This document shows, in pieces, positions 17,869 to 34,310 of a DNA stretch of 64,000 nucleotides. The notes beneath the pieces are model-generated. The model did no database searches and had not been told where the DNA came from. It saw only the letters and a list, made by a program, of their open reading frames with translations. The position numbers and the translations under genes were made by a program. The stretch's first letter is position 1, and the number at the start of each line of letters is the position of its first letter. This DNA comes from the human T2T-CHM13v2.0 reference genome, Homo sapiens: NCBI RefSeq assembly GCF_009914755.1, contig NC_060925.1; one strand, 5' to 3'.

Positions 17869-17936
17869 TCAGACATGCACTCCCAATTTGGTGGCCTTGG
17901 CCACACAGGGCTGTTTATATTTAAGTTAGTTTGAAT

Positions 17937-18234
<298 letters not shown>

Positions 18235-18442
18235 AAATTTTAAAAAGTTAAGAATTGAGTTTCTTAGTCACATTGGCCACCATTTAAAGGGCTCAATTCC
18301 CACAGGTGGTTAGGGATGCCCCTGCTGGACAGTGCAGGTAGCGAATATTTCTCTCATCACAGAAAGTTCTATTGGATAGTGTTACTCTAGAGCATATAAA
18401 CAAGACAGTATCTGATAAAAATTATATAATTATCTTATTTCA

Positions 18443-18737
18443 GCCAGGCATGGTGATTCATGCCTGTAATCCCAGCACTTTGGGAAGCTAAGGCGGAGGA
18501 TAGCTGAGCCCAGGAGTTTGCGACCAGCCTGGGCAACATAGCAAGACTCTGTTTCTACAAAAATTAAAAAAATTAGCCAGTTGTGGTGGCATGTTCCTGT
18601 AGCTCCAGCTGCTCAGGTGGCTGAGGTGGGAGGATCACTCGAGTCCAGGGAGGTCGAGACTGCAGTGAGCTGTGATTGTGCCACTGTACTCCAGCCTGGG
18701 TGACAGAGTGAGACCTTGTCTCAAAATAATAATAATA
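18443..18737 (+). mobile_element. AluJ-type
   Basis: Alu consensus; TSD cttatttt(c)-like. Confidence 0.9.
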
Positions 18738-18866
18738 ACCTTATTTCAAAGATAAGCCAACACTTCTTTTCAAAATGGCTTTTGAATATATCCTGTTATA
18801 TGTTTGCATATGGATTTGCATATAAAAATGTATATATATTTGCATATATATAGTCTTGGATTTTAA

Positions 18867-19299
<433 letters not shown>

Positions 19300-19389
19300 T
19301 AGCTTTTGAGCAGGTATGAACATCATTTCCCTAACACAGATTTGCAAAGATAATAGGAATTTTACATTTGTGTAACTCAATATCTATGT

Positions 19390-19665
19390 TTAAAATTTTT
19401 AATTTTTACTTTTTGGAGATACATGGTAAGTCTAATATGTATGAGGTACATGAGAAGTTTTGATACAGGCAAGCAATGGGTAGTAATTGCATCATGGAAA
19501 ATGGGGTATCCATCCCCTCAAGCATTAATCCTTTGTGTTACAAACAATCCAATTATACTTCTAGTTATTTTAAAATGTATGATTGAATTATTACTGACCA
19601 TAGTCACCCTGTTGTGCTATCAAATATTAGGTCTTATTCATTTTTTCTAACTATTTTTATACCCT
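19390..19665 (-). mobile_element. L1MA-type 3' end fragment
   Basis: atggggtatccatcccctcaagcatt...tagtcaccctgttgtgctatcaaata. Confidence 0.7.
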
Positions 19666-20819
19666 TAATATCTATTTTGAACACTTATCTCCGGGTGGTG
19701 AAATTAGTGCTCTAACCCTCCCCTACCTGTCTCCCTTTCTCTGATATTGGTTTTAGGGATGTCAAAGTATTAGTGGGAAGGTAGGAGGAAGGCTTTTTAT
19801 TGGTGTTATCTATCTGTCTACACTGGCTGCTACTATGGATGTGACTTAGGTTTCATTTTTTTAATTGGCTTTTTAAAAAATACTTGACTGCTGTGCTTCC
19901 TTTCTTTGGATGTTAAAAAAAATTTAAATGCATGTGTGAGTTCTGTTTGTATGGTACGTGGTTCACATGATACACATAGATTTGCAGAATGCTCATCCGT
20001 ACTATTTAAGCACGTAACAAATGTTCATGGTACCACACAGTCACATAGACCAATCACCATTGCAATAATGAGATAGACTCTGAAGTGTGTCACCGTGGCA
20101 CATGGTTTTGAACAATTTTGGCTTTTGACTTTGTATTTCATAGGATTTTTAAAATTTAAAAACTGACTTGAACTTTGTATTGGTATCTCTATCATAGAGT
20201 TAACACAGGATTTTGATGAATTGTCTGAAATTTTGTGGTTGAGGTTGCTGGGCTTTTATTAGAGGTTTTGGGAGGACCTGCGTTTTGGTCTTCAAGGCAG
20301 ATTATAAGCTTTATGTAGCAATAATCATTAAGTAGTAACTTTGTAGGGGTCAGTCATGAATCTAAATTTTCTACTATAGAAAGGCTTTCAGAGTTTATCC
20401 ATGCCTATGATTTTTGAATGCTTTTTGGTACTGGAATATCTCTTCCCCATCCCTCCTCTCCCAAATTGACTTTATATAGCTTCCCAAAAAAGCTCCTTAA
20501 TTTACCTGTCACTACTGGGAGCTAGCATTGAGGTAGCTAGAGCTCAAAGGATCCAGTTTGAAAAACTATTTATTTAGGGTTTTCTAGCACAGAAACATAC
20601 TATGGTTGCTAAAGTACTAAAATGGATTTATAAGTGGTCTATTTTAAATTTTTCTTACACCTAGCCTGTCTTTATGTCTGTATCATGTTCGATTTGCCAT
20701 TTTTAACTATCTTCATAATCTCTTCTTATTGCTACAGAGAAAGCTCAGTCATTTATACACTGACTATTAAAGTATGTGGTAAGATGGATAAATGTAGAAA
20801 TTATTATCTATGGAGATAT

Positions 20820-20892
20820 ACACATACACACACACACACACACACGCATACATATGTATATGTGTGTATGCGCACACATACACACAGACACA
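20820..20892. repeat. (CA)/(TG) purine-pyrimidine microsatellite
   Basis: acacacac...atgtgtgtatgcgcacac. Confidence 0.85.
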
Positions 20893-21172
20893 TGCTGTAG
20901 ATCCCTGTCTGGTCAGCTTAGTAGACAACATGGCCAAGTATATTTTGACCTTTCTATCTATTGCATAGTTTATACAACTGAAATGATTTGCTGACCAGTA
21001 TAAGTTGTTTCTATATACCGTCAAAAAGAAAATCACAAACATCTTTGAAAGACTTATATGGCCATCCAGTTAAATCCAGGGGGGAGCTATGGCTATCCCA
21101 GTTCTGGAAGAGGATAGGGTTGTTCTATAAAGGTACTGCTAGGAACAACCCTATCCTCTTCCAGAACTAGAT

Positions 21173-21462
<290 letters not shown>

Positions 21463-21989
21463 TCAAATAGGGACTGCAGCAGCCCTCAGGAAACTCATCT
21501 GTTAACTGGATAAAAACCAAATGACAGAAACACTGGTCTCTGGTAGAAGGAGCAAGACTCTCATTCCCTCAACTCCTCCTCAAAACCACACTTACATGGT
21601 CAAGATCAAGAGCATTGTTGAACTAGAGTGAAATTCCACTAGAATTTCAGGGTTTAAAGGCCGCATTGTCTATGTGGCAGATCCTCTGTTAGGATTCTCC
21701 CTTCTCTTTGGCTTTTTAAAAATCTCTTCAGAGTATCTTTGGGGAAGGCAAAAGGATTCCTTCAATCATCACTTTTAAAAGACCCCTTGGACTGTAATGT
21801 CACAAAGGAATAGTGAGGGGCATGTGTGGAAGCAGTTTTTAGATGAGCTTAAGTTTTTCCATGAATTCTTGTCTCTTCTCACCATTGGACTGATAACCAT
21901 TCAAAATCAGGATTGGGGAAGCCCAGGGAAAGAGGTTGCAGTGTTCACTCTTATGGACAGAATCCTAAGATTGCTTCTAGGAATCTTTC

Positions 21990-22585
21990 TGTGTGGTGTT
22001 CACACCATTTTATATAACCCTCTCCTCTTGAGTGTCAGCAGAACTTGTGAATATGATGGGATATCACTCATGATTAGGTCACTAAATCAGTTTACTTTGA
22101 GTTAGTCAAATAGAGATTATACAGGTGGGCCTGACCCAACCAGATGAGCCCTTAGGGATTGGGTCCTTCCTGAAGTCAGAGAGATACAAAATATGAGATA
22201 AATTTTCCTGCTGGACTTGAAGAAGCAGACTGCTGTGGTATGGAGAGAGCAACATGGTGGTAACCTGCAGGCTGCTTCTGAGAACTGAGAACAGCCCCAA
22301 GTTCATAGCTGGCAAAAAAACAAACAAAAACTGAGAAATCTCAGTTCTACAGCCCAAGGAACCAAATTCCATCAATAACCAGGGAGCTTGGAAGATGACT
22401 CCAACCCTCAGATGAGAATGTAGCCCACGTTACCATCTTGATTATATCCTTGTGAAACCCTGAGCAGAGAACCCAGCCCTACCATGCTGGACCTCTGACC
22501 TACAGAACTATGAGATAAGAAATGAGTATTGCTTTAAATGGCTAAGTTTGTGGTAGTGTGTTCCATAGCAATAGAAAACCGGTAT
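21990..22585 (+). mobile_element. MLT1-type MaLR solo LTR
   Basis: ccctctcctcttgagtgt; ctgacctacagaactatgagataa; atagcaatagaaaac end. Confidence 0.75.
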
Positions 22586-23379
22586 GTTGATCAAGGGGCT
22601 TTCTTAGGTTCAACCGAACCTTCAGACTCACAAGACTATCAAAGACCACCCATGACACCAGTCTGTTTAGAGAGAGAACAGGAATCATGGCTTGCCAGCA
22701 GGGCAGTCCCAAGGATTCCTCTTCCAACAGGAGTGTTTTTAGATGTACGTATAATTCTCTGAGTTCATACGCGGTTACCTAATCAGAAGCCATTTTTATT
22801 ATAAGCCATGCTGCCTAATAACTTAGTTGACACTTCAGCTTTTACCCACAGAGGTATAGTAGCTAATCAAGCTGTGATACTCCTCCATACCAAGAACCTA
22901 GGAGGAGCTCTCCTGACACATCTATGGTCTACTGCATTTTACCAAAACCAGAGATTATTCCACATCATGTTTTGGGACCAAGGCTTTTTATATTAAAGCC
23001 ATGATTTTTATATGGAGCATCCCTTTATGTACACATTCCTCAAGAGCCTAGTGGAGGTGATCCTCATCACATTAGTTGGGGGACAAGAACAAGGGTAATA
23101 GAGGCCTGAGATCTCTCTTCTTTCCCCCCACCCCCAGCGTACCTATATAAATTTCCATCCATCTTACCACATAATTATTTTCATTACTAGCCAATGTAAC
23201 AATAAGAAGGAATTATGAAGATGGCAAAACATGCCATATCAAGCATGACACAGACACAGAGACAGGGTAGTTATATGAGAAATGTAATTACAGAGCACTT
23301 ATAAAACCTTTCAGTACTTTAGCAACCACAACTTATTGCTGTGCTAAAAGATTTTTTCTAAATTGTTTTTCAAACTTGT

Positions 23380-24880
23380 AATATGACAAGAAAAAGAAAT
23401 TGGAGATGATAAGAATTGGAGTAAAAGGGACGAATTTATCATCATTCGAAGACAATATAAGTATTTACAGAGAAAACCCTAAAGAATCTATACACATTAC
23501 TAGGAACAATTGGAGTGTTTCACAAGGTAGAATTTCTATTCTAGCAGCAGTTAAGAAAAGTAAATTAAAGATACCATTTACAGTAGCATCAGAGACTAGC
23601 AGTAGCTAGGTATCTCTCTAACAGAAGGTATATAATACCTTTACTGAGAAAATTATTAAAACTTATTGAGAGATGGTTGACTTTATTAAAAGACTTATTA
23701 CCAAATAAATGAGAGGTGTGTTATGTTCATGGAGAAGACAAAAGCCTGAAGATATTAATTCTTCCAAAAGTGATCTATAGCTTCAATCCGTCGATCAGAC
23801 TTTTCAAATAAAAATCCCAACAAGTGTTTTTATGGAAGTCGATGTGATGACTCTAAAATGTATATGGAATTGTAAAGGGCTAAAATATCTTCTGTCTAAA
23901 AGCAGTGAGGGGATGCATGTCCTACCAGATAGCAGGATTTATTGTGAAGCTATAGTCATTAAAATAGAGTGGTATTGTTGTAGGGATAGACAAATTGACA
24001 AATGGCATAAAGTAGAGATGCCAGAAACATAGAACTGATATAGAAACAGATGCCATAGAACATGATGAGGTAGTGTGTCAGTATGTTGGAGAAAAGAGGC
24101 CTGTGACAAATGGGGATCTGTAGTGAAAATATGAGATGGTCACTTCTTCACACCCTATATGATAACGAACTCCAAATGGTCTTAAATGTCAACAGCAAAA
24201 CTTTGAAACCACTGGTGGAGTATATAGACAAATTTAAGAACATTCATTTAAAAAAATGAATGTTCTGCTTCCTTAAAGGAAGCAGAAAAACAGTCAGGTA
24301 TTAATGGGGAGAAGCTATTCACAATGTGTACAACTGAAAAAAATGTTAGTGCTAAGAAAATATAATTTCTGAAATCAAGCAAAATGATGAAAAGGTATGA
24401 ACAGGTATTTCATAGAAGCAGCAACTCAGAGGGACAATAAACGTGTGAAGAGATGTTCATTATTATTGATCAGGGAAATGCAAATTCATAATTAAATGCT
24501 ATTTTACATCCATTCTGTTGGCAAACATTTGTAAAGACCTGACAATACTCAGTATTGGAGAGCAGTACACCCATAGGACCTCTTTTACGTTGCTCTTAGG
24601 AGCGCAAATTGGTCTCTCCACTTTGGAAAACTGTGTGACAGGATCTCTGAAAATGGAATATTCACATACCCATGACCCAGAAATTCTACTCCAGTTTTTT
24701 AGCTACACTAATGTGTCTCAACAGCAGGAGATATGTACAAGAATGGTTGTAGGAGCACTATTCACAATTGCCAAAGCCAGGATACAACCGAAAGCACACA
24801 GGATGGATGAATTAACTGGAAACTACGGTAATAAATGACAACATGGATATTTAAGGGAAAGAAGTCCCAAAAGATAACTA
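23380..24880 (+). mobile_element. Old L1M ORF2/3' fragment
   Basis: Degenerate ORF2-like translation (IYRENPKES; LPDSRIYCEAIVIKIEWY..RDRQIDKW). Confidence 0.7.
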
Positions 24881-25084
24881 TGGTAGGCCGAATAATGTCC
24901 TCCAAAGATGTTGATTGATGGCCTACTCTTGGAAATCTGTGAATATGTTACTTTACATAGCAAAAGAGATTTTGTTGATGTGATTAAGATAGTGATCTTG
25001 AAATGAGGAGATTAATTAACCTGGATTATCTGGGAAGCCAATGTCATCACAAGGATCCTTATAAGAAGGAAGTAGGAGTGTGTG

Positions 25085-25140
<56 letters not shown>

Positions 25141-25262
25141 AGAGAGAGAGAGAAAGAGAGAGATCGATCTGGGAGTCAGGGAAAGCCAGAGACCTCTAGA
25201 AATGACAGGAAAGTCAGGAAGTGGGTTCACTGCAGGGCCTCCAGAAGGAACTCAGCCCTGTT
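24880..25262 (+). mobile_element. MLT1-type LTR fragment with (GT)n(GA)n at ~25080-25160
   Basis: ggtaggccgaataatgtcctccaaagatgt; gcctccagaaggaac. Confidence 0.7.
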
Positions 25263-25320
25263 GAGCAATAGGTTGGTAGATACTTAAGAGTATTTTTAAA
25301 AGAACCAACTAAATAAATAA

Positions 25321-25693
<373 letters not shown>

Positions 25694-26271
25694 TCTGAAA
25701 TTCCTAAAGAAGAAACAGGATTGTGTCTGTAGAGCTTTTGGGACTGATCTAGTAAGAAGAGGAGAAATTAATGATAAAGGTATAAGTATGAGAGGAGATA
25801 ATTACTCATGTTCCTGATAAGGTGAAGGGGGGTGTGATCTCAAGCACAAGTGGATGAAATGAGACAATTTTTTCATTTTAGCACAGAAAAAAAAATGGCT
25901 CAGGTACAGGTCATAGTAGTATCCTCTCTTTTATGAGCAGGGTGCCTTGTATGTGTAGGGGAACTCCCCAAGCAAAATGAACGGCTTTGAATGAATGGCT
26001 TCTCTGTATTTCTTTATCTTCTCCAACTCCCTAGTGTTTGATTGCCTCATATCCTACATAGTCCTTTGGTGCTTCCCATTGCCGCCTTCTCTGGAAGCCT
26101 ATTTCCAAAGGGAAGTCTCCCTTCCATCTTCTAACATAAGCCTACACAAGAGAATTTCTTTCAAAAGATCTCTGAACTAGAGTTGATGCAATGCCCCTTT
26201 TGGAGGTATTATTTTTTTGGAGACTTATTTTGCAATGCCTCTTTTGGGGGTAATTTTGGAGATTTGTTAAG

Positions 26272-26405
26272 GTCTCTCACCCATTCTGCAGTTTTGATAA
26301 GGTGGTGGGAGTGGGGGCATGTACGCTCCCTCAGTGTCTCTCGCCCATTCTGCAGTTTTGATAAGGTGGTGGGAGTGGGGGCATGTACGCTCCCTCAGTG
26401 TCTCT
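26272..26405. repeat. 64-bp tandem duplication
   Basis: 26272-26335 and 26336-26399 differ at one base. Confidence 0.95.
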
Positions 26406-26822
26406 TCCTGCCTGCATCTTTGGGATAAGTCTGTGACCTCTGGGAACAGAAGAGTCCTGCAGTGAATGGCTTAAGATGCTCCTGGCCACATGGAGAAATG
26501 GTCTCTTCCTTGATGACCTCTTGGGTTGGGTTTATCTCTCCCTGTTCTTTTGTACCATTAGAATAGTAACATCTTAAGGACTGAGAATCAGATATCAGCT
26601 TAGAGGGGAAAAAAAAGAAACAAAACACAACTAAGAAGGCCAACCAGTGCCTTTCATTCTAAGTCTCTGGAGAAACAGAAGCAAATCTTCTAGTTCATTT
26701 ATGATCTAAGCCCAGCTCACCAATTTAAAAAATCAGAACTTGAGTCCCAAATACCAGCTAATAATAAATTGTACTTTTTCTTTGCCTTGTGCTCTCTTCC
26801 TTGCCACGTGAGGATAATTTAC

Positions 26823-27135
<313 letters not shown>

Positions 27136-27738
27136 GGGAAAATTTACTTCTTAAAGCACACTCATAGGGCAAATTTCCATGGGTCAAAAAACTATTATTA
27201 ATTTAATAGGAAAAAAGTGCATTCTTGAGCTCCTATATTAAACCTAATTTGTATTAAAATTATACTAAATCTCCCTAAAATGAAGTCAGTAATTAATTAA
27301 CATGTCATATGCTCACCTAAATGTATTCCCTTCTTCACTTGTTCTTCAGTTTGGTTGTTAACCTGTTCTACCAAAGCTTGTTCTTAACTATCACATAGTA
27401 TAAACTCCAGATTCCCTTACAGAATATATCATACCGAATATGTACATAATTCAAACTTCAGTGTAAGGAAAGCAAAACAAAACCAGCAACAATAAAGTTG
27501 GAAAAAAACAATAAAGACAAAGGAATGTCAGTGAAGAAACGCAGATGATATCTGATTTACCCAGCATATTGACGGCATAGGGAAAACCATGCACAGAGTC
27601 TTCTCTGATGTGAAGCGTGTGCTTGTCTGCTGAAAGAACTTAGGCGCTATGGGCTAATTCTTACGACTGTGAGGAAGACTGCACGTCTCACTCTGCTTCT
27701 GCTTGGCTCCTCCAGAGCCACGTGAAATCACAACAATT

Positions 27739-28086
<348 letters not shown>

Positions 28087-28238
28087 TAATGAAATGAATT
28101 TCCCATAAAGTAGAATTCAAATTCTTCTAATGAGGGATGATTTCCGGGTTCCTTGGGGCTCCACACACATGGCTTTGGAGGACATGTGTCTGCTGGCAGA
28201 TACAGCGTTCTGAATACAAACCGTGTCTCCATTCTACC

Positions 28239-28599
28239 TGTTATGGACTGAGTTGCATAGCTCTAACCCTCAATGTGGCTGTATTTAGAGATGGGGCCTT
28301 TAAAGGGGTAATTCAGGTTAAATGAGGTAATAGTGTGGGGCCTTAATCCAGTATGGCTGGTGTCCTCATAAGAAGAGGAGAAGACACCAGGGTTGACTGT
28401 GCTCAGAGAAAAGACCATGTGAGGATACAGCCAGAAGGCTGCCATCTACACACCATGGAGAGAGACCTCAGGAGAAACGAAGCCTGCTGACACCTTAATC
28501 TTGGCCTTCCAGCCTCCAGACTGTGAGATCACACATTTCTGTGGTTTAAGTCACTCAGTCTGTGATCATTTCTTATGGCAGTCTGAGCTGACCAATACA
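28239..28599 (+). mobile_element. MLT1A-type solo LTR
   Basis: TGTTATGG...AATACA ends; 5-bp TSD ctacc/ccacc. Confidence 0.85.
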
Positions 28600-29598
28600 C
28601 CACCCCTTCTACTCTTGCATCCCCTACTAAGCTAGTACTATTCTCAATTTATTCTTACGGGAACAGCCTTATATTATCAGTAGTTTGAAGAGCTAACCAT
28701 ATCCTTAATTAAAAATAAGTGAGAGAGTCACTTAAAATCTTGATGTATAGTTTATGGTAAAAGAACGGTTATTTATGTTTGGAGATTACCACATTCTACA
28801 GTGTCTGCTGTGGATACGTATCTTGTGTTGTCCATTTCAAGCTTCTCAGCTATTCTGCAAGTAAAGATCATCTCAGAGGCCCATGATGGTTATAATCAAA
28901 TCCAGAAACAATACTTTTGAGTCTGTATTTGCCACCTGAAAGGAGTGTGAGTAAAATTGAATTCCTGGTCCTCTCAGAACTCATGGAATTCCTTTCCTCG
29001 GGAGAAAACCAGATTATTTTTGTAATTAAAATAGCTGTATAGCTGTAGACAGAAAAGAAAATAAAAAAGAGAGGCAGGGAAAACTTTCCATTATTGATTT
29101 TATCATGCTGCTGTTTTAGAAAAAAAAAAGAAGCCAGGATATAGAACTACTAGTTTGTTCCTACAGTATGCTTTGTACCCTCAGTTGAAATATTGCAGCA
29201 GTTAGATTATTTGATGGAAATGGGTGGCTTATTCAGAAGTCTGGTTTTCAACATGGTGTGAATTAAGGTTAGTAGGTCTGTACCATCCCCAAACCCACCT
29301 GCCTGGCTTTACCATAACAGCTGAAGTTCCTGTCACCAGCATCCTCTGTGCAACCTGCTATCATGATACAGACCTGGGAGAGTAACTTATTATTGGGAAT
29401 CTCCTTAATTAAAAATCAACACTTGTCAGAGGAAGGAAGAAATCAGGACTGTGAGGCCAACTTCTATAGCAGAGGAATCCAAGTACAACCCAATTCTGAA
29501 ATGATTCTTGTGTGGCCTTGGGCAAATAGCCTGTTTTCATTTCCTTAAAATAAAAACACAAATTAGAGATGATCTCTTCTTGTCTAGTTCAGTTCTAA

Positions 29599-29992
<394 letters not shown>

Positions 29993-30019
29993 AGCATTCT
30001 TTAAAAAAAAAAAAAAAAA

Positions 30020-30975
30020 TCAACTTTGATTTTAGATTCAGAAGCTATATGTTCAGGTTTGTTGCCTGGGTATATAGCGTTATGCTGAGGTTTGTAGTAC
30101 AATTGATACTTTCACCCAAATACTGAATATGGCACCCAATAATTTTGCAACCCTTGTCCCCCCACCACAGTTGTCCCCAGTTTCTGTTTTTGCCATCCAT
30201 CTTTATGTCCATGAGTACCCAGTGTTCAGCTCTCACTTGTAAGTGAGAATACACAGTGTTTGGCTTTCTGTTCCTGGGTGCTAAGATATGGCCTCTGGCT
30301 GCATCTATGTAGCTGCAGAGGACATGATTTCATTTTTTTATAGCTGCATAGTATTTCATGATGTATGTGTACCACATTTTCTTTATCCAGTTCACTGTTG
30401 ATGGGCACTGAGGTTGATTCCATGTTTTTACTATTCTGAATCGTGCTGGGATGAAACCTATGAGTGCGTGTTTCTGTTTTTGGTAGGATGATCTATTTTC
30501 TTTTGGATATATATATATATATATATATATATACCCAGTAATGGGATTGCTAGGTTGAATGGTAGTTCTGTTTTAAGTTCTTTGAGAAATCTCCAAACTG
30601 CTTTCCACAGTGGCTCAACTTATTTACATTCCCACCAACAGCGTATAAGCATTCTCTTTTCTCCACAGCCTCGTCAGCATCTGTTCTTTTTTGACTTTTT
30701 AATAATAGCCATTCTGACTGTGTGAGATGGTAGCTCTTTGTGGTTTTGATTTGCATTTCTCTGATGATTAGCAATGGGAACATTTTTTCATGTTTGTTGG
30801 CTGCTTGTATGTCTTCTTTTGAAAAGTATCTGTTCATGTTTTTTTGCCCATTTTTTAAATGGGGGTGATTTGTTTTTTACTTGTTGGGTTATTTAAGTCC
30901 CTTATAGATTCTGGATATTAGGACCTTTGTCAGAAACATAGTTTGCAAATACTTTCTCCCATTTTGTAGATTGTC
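30020..30975 (-). mobile_element. L1PA/PB 3' fragment, antisense, with internal (TA)n
   Basis: Minus-strand ORF MNRYFSKEDIQAANKH...IIREMQIKTT; L1 3'UTR. Confidence 0.85.
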
Positions 30976-32242
30976 CTTCTCAGCATTCTTGATTCAAATT
31001 CTAGCATCCATTTAACTACCTATAGAAACTTAGACAAATGACTTAACATCTTAGTTGTTTCCTCATCTGAAAAAATGGGATTAATATTAAATAATATAGG
31101 CAAAAGTACTTATGTATTATATGGCACATAGTAGGCCACAAGCAGCTAGCTGTTACCTTTTCTTCTGATCAAAAAATGTGAATTTACATCTTCATATAAT
31201 ATTGGTCATTTTTATCTGCTTTTTGGCCATTTGGTTTGGGTTATATATTTAATACATGGATTCTTAACTGTATTTCAGAAATGTTAAAATTTGAAATAAT
31301 TTATTCTTAGGAAAAGCTGGTACGCTTGTGATCTGCTTTATCTTCCTTTTATTGTAGCCCCAAACAGAGATTTCAAGCCTGTATTTTGCCCCTACATCTT
31401 TGGGACTGCTAGCTCCTTGGCTGGATTTGCATGCTCATCACCCTCCCCTCTGCTCTGGAGCAGGGAGGCTCATCAGCACAGAAAGTTAAAATTTGCTGAA
31501 GCCATCTGTCTTTTGTTGGAGGAAGCAGCTTAGCCATAAGTTGTAGCTACTGTTTTAACAGATTTGCAAATAGTTAGGGTGGGTCTGGCTCAGGCCCAAG
31601 TAACTGATTGGGCTCATATGCACTAATTTAAGATCCACTGCCAGAATGAAAACTTCCCTTATATATCATCAGGCTCTGTTATTTGCAGGGTGTCAATTAA
31701 GGTAACTGGATAGAAGATCAAGAACACAAAGGACAGGAAGGTGGGACCCATATTTTACATGTGCTGGGGGAGAGGCATGATTTTGTGGAAATCTGTTTTA
31801 TTGTGTTGAAATACTTGTGTGTGTTCTGCCTACTTCATGCTAATAAAGAATTGAACCCCAGTTATGTTTAGCTATGGAGTGATGATTAAGAGTGATGTCA
31901 TTTACCAACCTGTTTTGTTCAATTTATGCCAAACATTCCATCTTAATATCATTTATCATTTTCTGACACTGTATGATGTAGACAGTGGTATACAATGGTA
32001 ACTAGTTTTTTATTTACCTGTTACCTGTCTTTTGTATTCAAAGTTGTGCTCCAGAAAGTCAGGGGTTATTTTTGATTTTGTTCACAGCTATATTCCCAGT
32101 GTGTAGAACAGTTCCTGGCACATGGTAGGTGTTCATTAAATATTTGCTGAATGGAGACACCTGATACTCTATGAAGACAATGTAGAACAGTAACTTAGAA
32201 AAGGGATTGCCAAACTAAGGCCCAAATCCAGCTCACCACCTG

Positions 32243-32630
32243 TTTTTTTTTTTTTTTTTTTTTTTTTTTGAGACAGGGTCTCGCCTTGCTCTGTCACCTA
32301 GTCTAGAGTAGTGTGGAGTGATCATAGTTCATTGCAGTCTTCAACTCCTGGGCTCAGGTGATCCTCCCATCTCGGCTTCCCAAGTAGTTGGGACCACAGG
32401 CACATGCCACCATGCCCAGCTAATTTTTAATTTTTTAAAATAGCTCTTTGAAAAACAAAGCTAACTCCTAAGCAGTGTGCCCAGAGTCAACCTAATTTGT
32501 TAATTTTTTTTTTCTTGTAGAATCAGGGTCTCGCCATGTTGCCCAGGCTGGTCTCAAATTCCTGGGCTCAAGCGAGCCTCCTGCCTCAGCCTCTCAGATA
32601 CAGATACAGGCATGAACCACTGCCTTGGCC
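32243..32630 (-). mobile_element. AluJ-type with a ~55-bp insert in the linker, nested in a MER58A-like element (~32200-32805)
   Basis: Alu consensus; MER58 motifs ggcccaaatccagc and ttttattggaacac. Confidence 0.85.
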
Positions 32631-32807
32631 CTGCTGTTTTAAGTAAACTTTTATTGGAACACCACCACGCTTGTTTGTTTACCTACTGTCTATGGCTGCT
32701 TTTGCACTATAGCTCAGAGTTGAGTCGTTGCAACAGAGGCCATATGATCCATGAAACCTAAAATGTCTTCTCTGTAGTCATTTATAGAGTTTGCTGAGCC
32801 CCAGGAT

Positions 32808-32975
32808 AAAGCATGGGCATTGGGATCCACCAGACTTGGATTTATTTTCTGGTCACTTAGTAGCTGTGAGGGCAAGTGATTTAAACTAAGATTTTGGTTT
32901 CCTCATGTGGAAAATGGTAATAACGATTCCTATCTCATTGGATGGTTGTAAGGGTTCACCAAGATGAAACATCAG
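32808..32975 (+). mobile_element. MIR fragment
   Basis: cacttagtagctgtgagggcaagt...tttcctcatgtggaaaatgg. Confidence 0.65.
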
Positions 32976-34310
32976 GAAACATTAACTACTAATATGGAGC
33001 CATGTGTGCTGGGAATTTCATTTATTGGCGACCTCTTCATTACGCAGGATACTTTGTCATGTACTGAACAAAGGGAGGTGACGGAGGCCTGGCCCTTTCT
33101 CTGTGTGGCAGCTGAACAGTACCTGTAGTTTTTCTCCACTCTGTCTTCTTTGATCCCATTGCCACATAGTTGTCCTTGCTGTGTATAGGCTAATTTTTAA
33201 AAGTAAATGTAGTTTCTAGAAATATTGGTTGTTTTGTTATAATAGATTATTAAAACCATAATTTCAGAAGTAAGAATATGATTTGATTTTTCCTGTTAAG
33301 TTCTGCTTCACTTAAAATGAGAAAAAAATATGCTAGTTTCTACCTGTGGAGGTACTTGCATAAATACATTCCTTTAAAGGGGACCAAAACAGTAAAGCAA
33401 TAAATAGAAATACCATCTACTGGTATAATTGCTATAAACTAATGCAAAAATGGGGTGTATTTAATTATTTATTTTAAAAGTTTTATATTGCTTTTGAATA
33501 TTTGGAAAATACACAGGAATATAATGAAAGTGATTAAAAATTACAAACATTCCCACTACACAGAGAAAAAATTGACTTTTAATACATCTCTCCTACTTAA
33601 AGAACTGAGATGATAGTGTAAAAATAATTTTCCATCACCTCCTTTTTAACTTAATATTACATATTTGTCCAAAGGCTTAGAAACATTTTAAACATACTTT
33701 TTTGGTTTTTTTAAAATCAACTTTTTATTTTGAGGAATATCTGCCCTGCAGAAAAGTGCAAAAAAATGCTTTGGTAACACCTGTATATTCTTCAATCGTC
33801 AATTATTTTTATTTGCCATATTAATTTTATCTCTCTCTACAGTTTATTTTGTTGAGCCCTAAAGATAACTTTTAATGGCTGCACGTATTTACTCCTGTGT
33901 ATGTATCATAGTTAATTATTCTCAGGAATAGATTATTTCTCTTTTTACCTTTTTTTACCATTTAAAATTCAGTTCACTGAGCATTCGTGCTAAGCATTAT
34001 ACATACAAGATCTAACTTTAAAACTATAACCCTAAGGGGCAGGAGTTACAGAAGATAGGATTAAAGCTTAGAGAATTTAAGTAACTTGCCAAAGGTCAAA
34101 TAGCTAACAAGTGGAGGGGCTAAGACATGAATCCTGGTTTACTGGACTTAGAACTCTGTGTTTTTAATCACTTCATAGTAATATCTGTCTGCCATCTTCT
34201 TAGATGTTAACTCTTCTACAAAACCTTCCTGACTCCCATCTCTCCATACTTCCTTTGCTCCTAGAACCCTGGCTGCTTAGATGGATGGTACGCTATTTCA
34301 GTATAACAAC

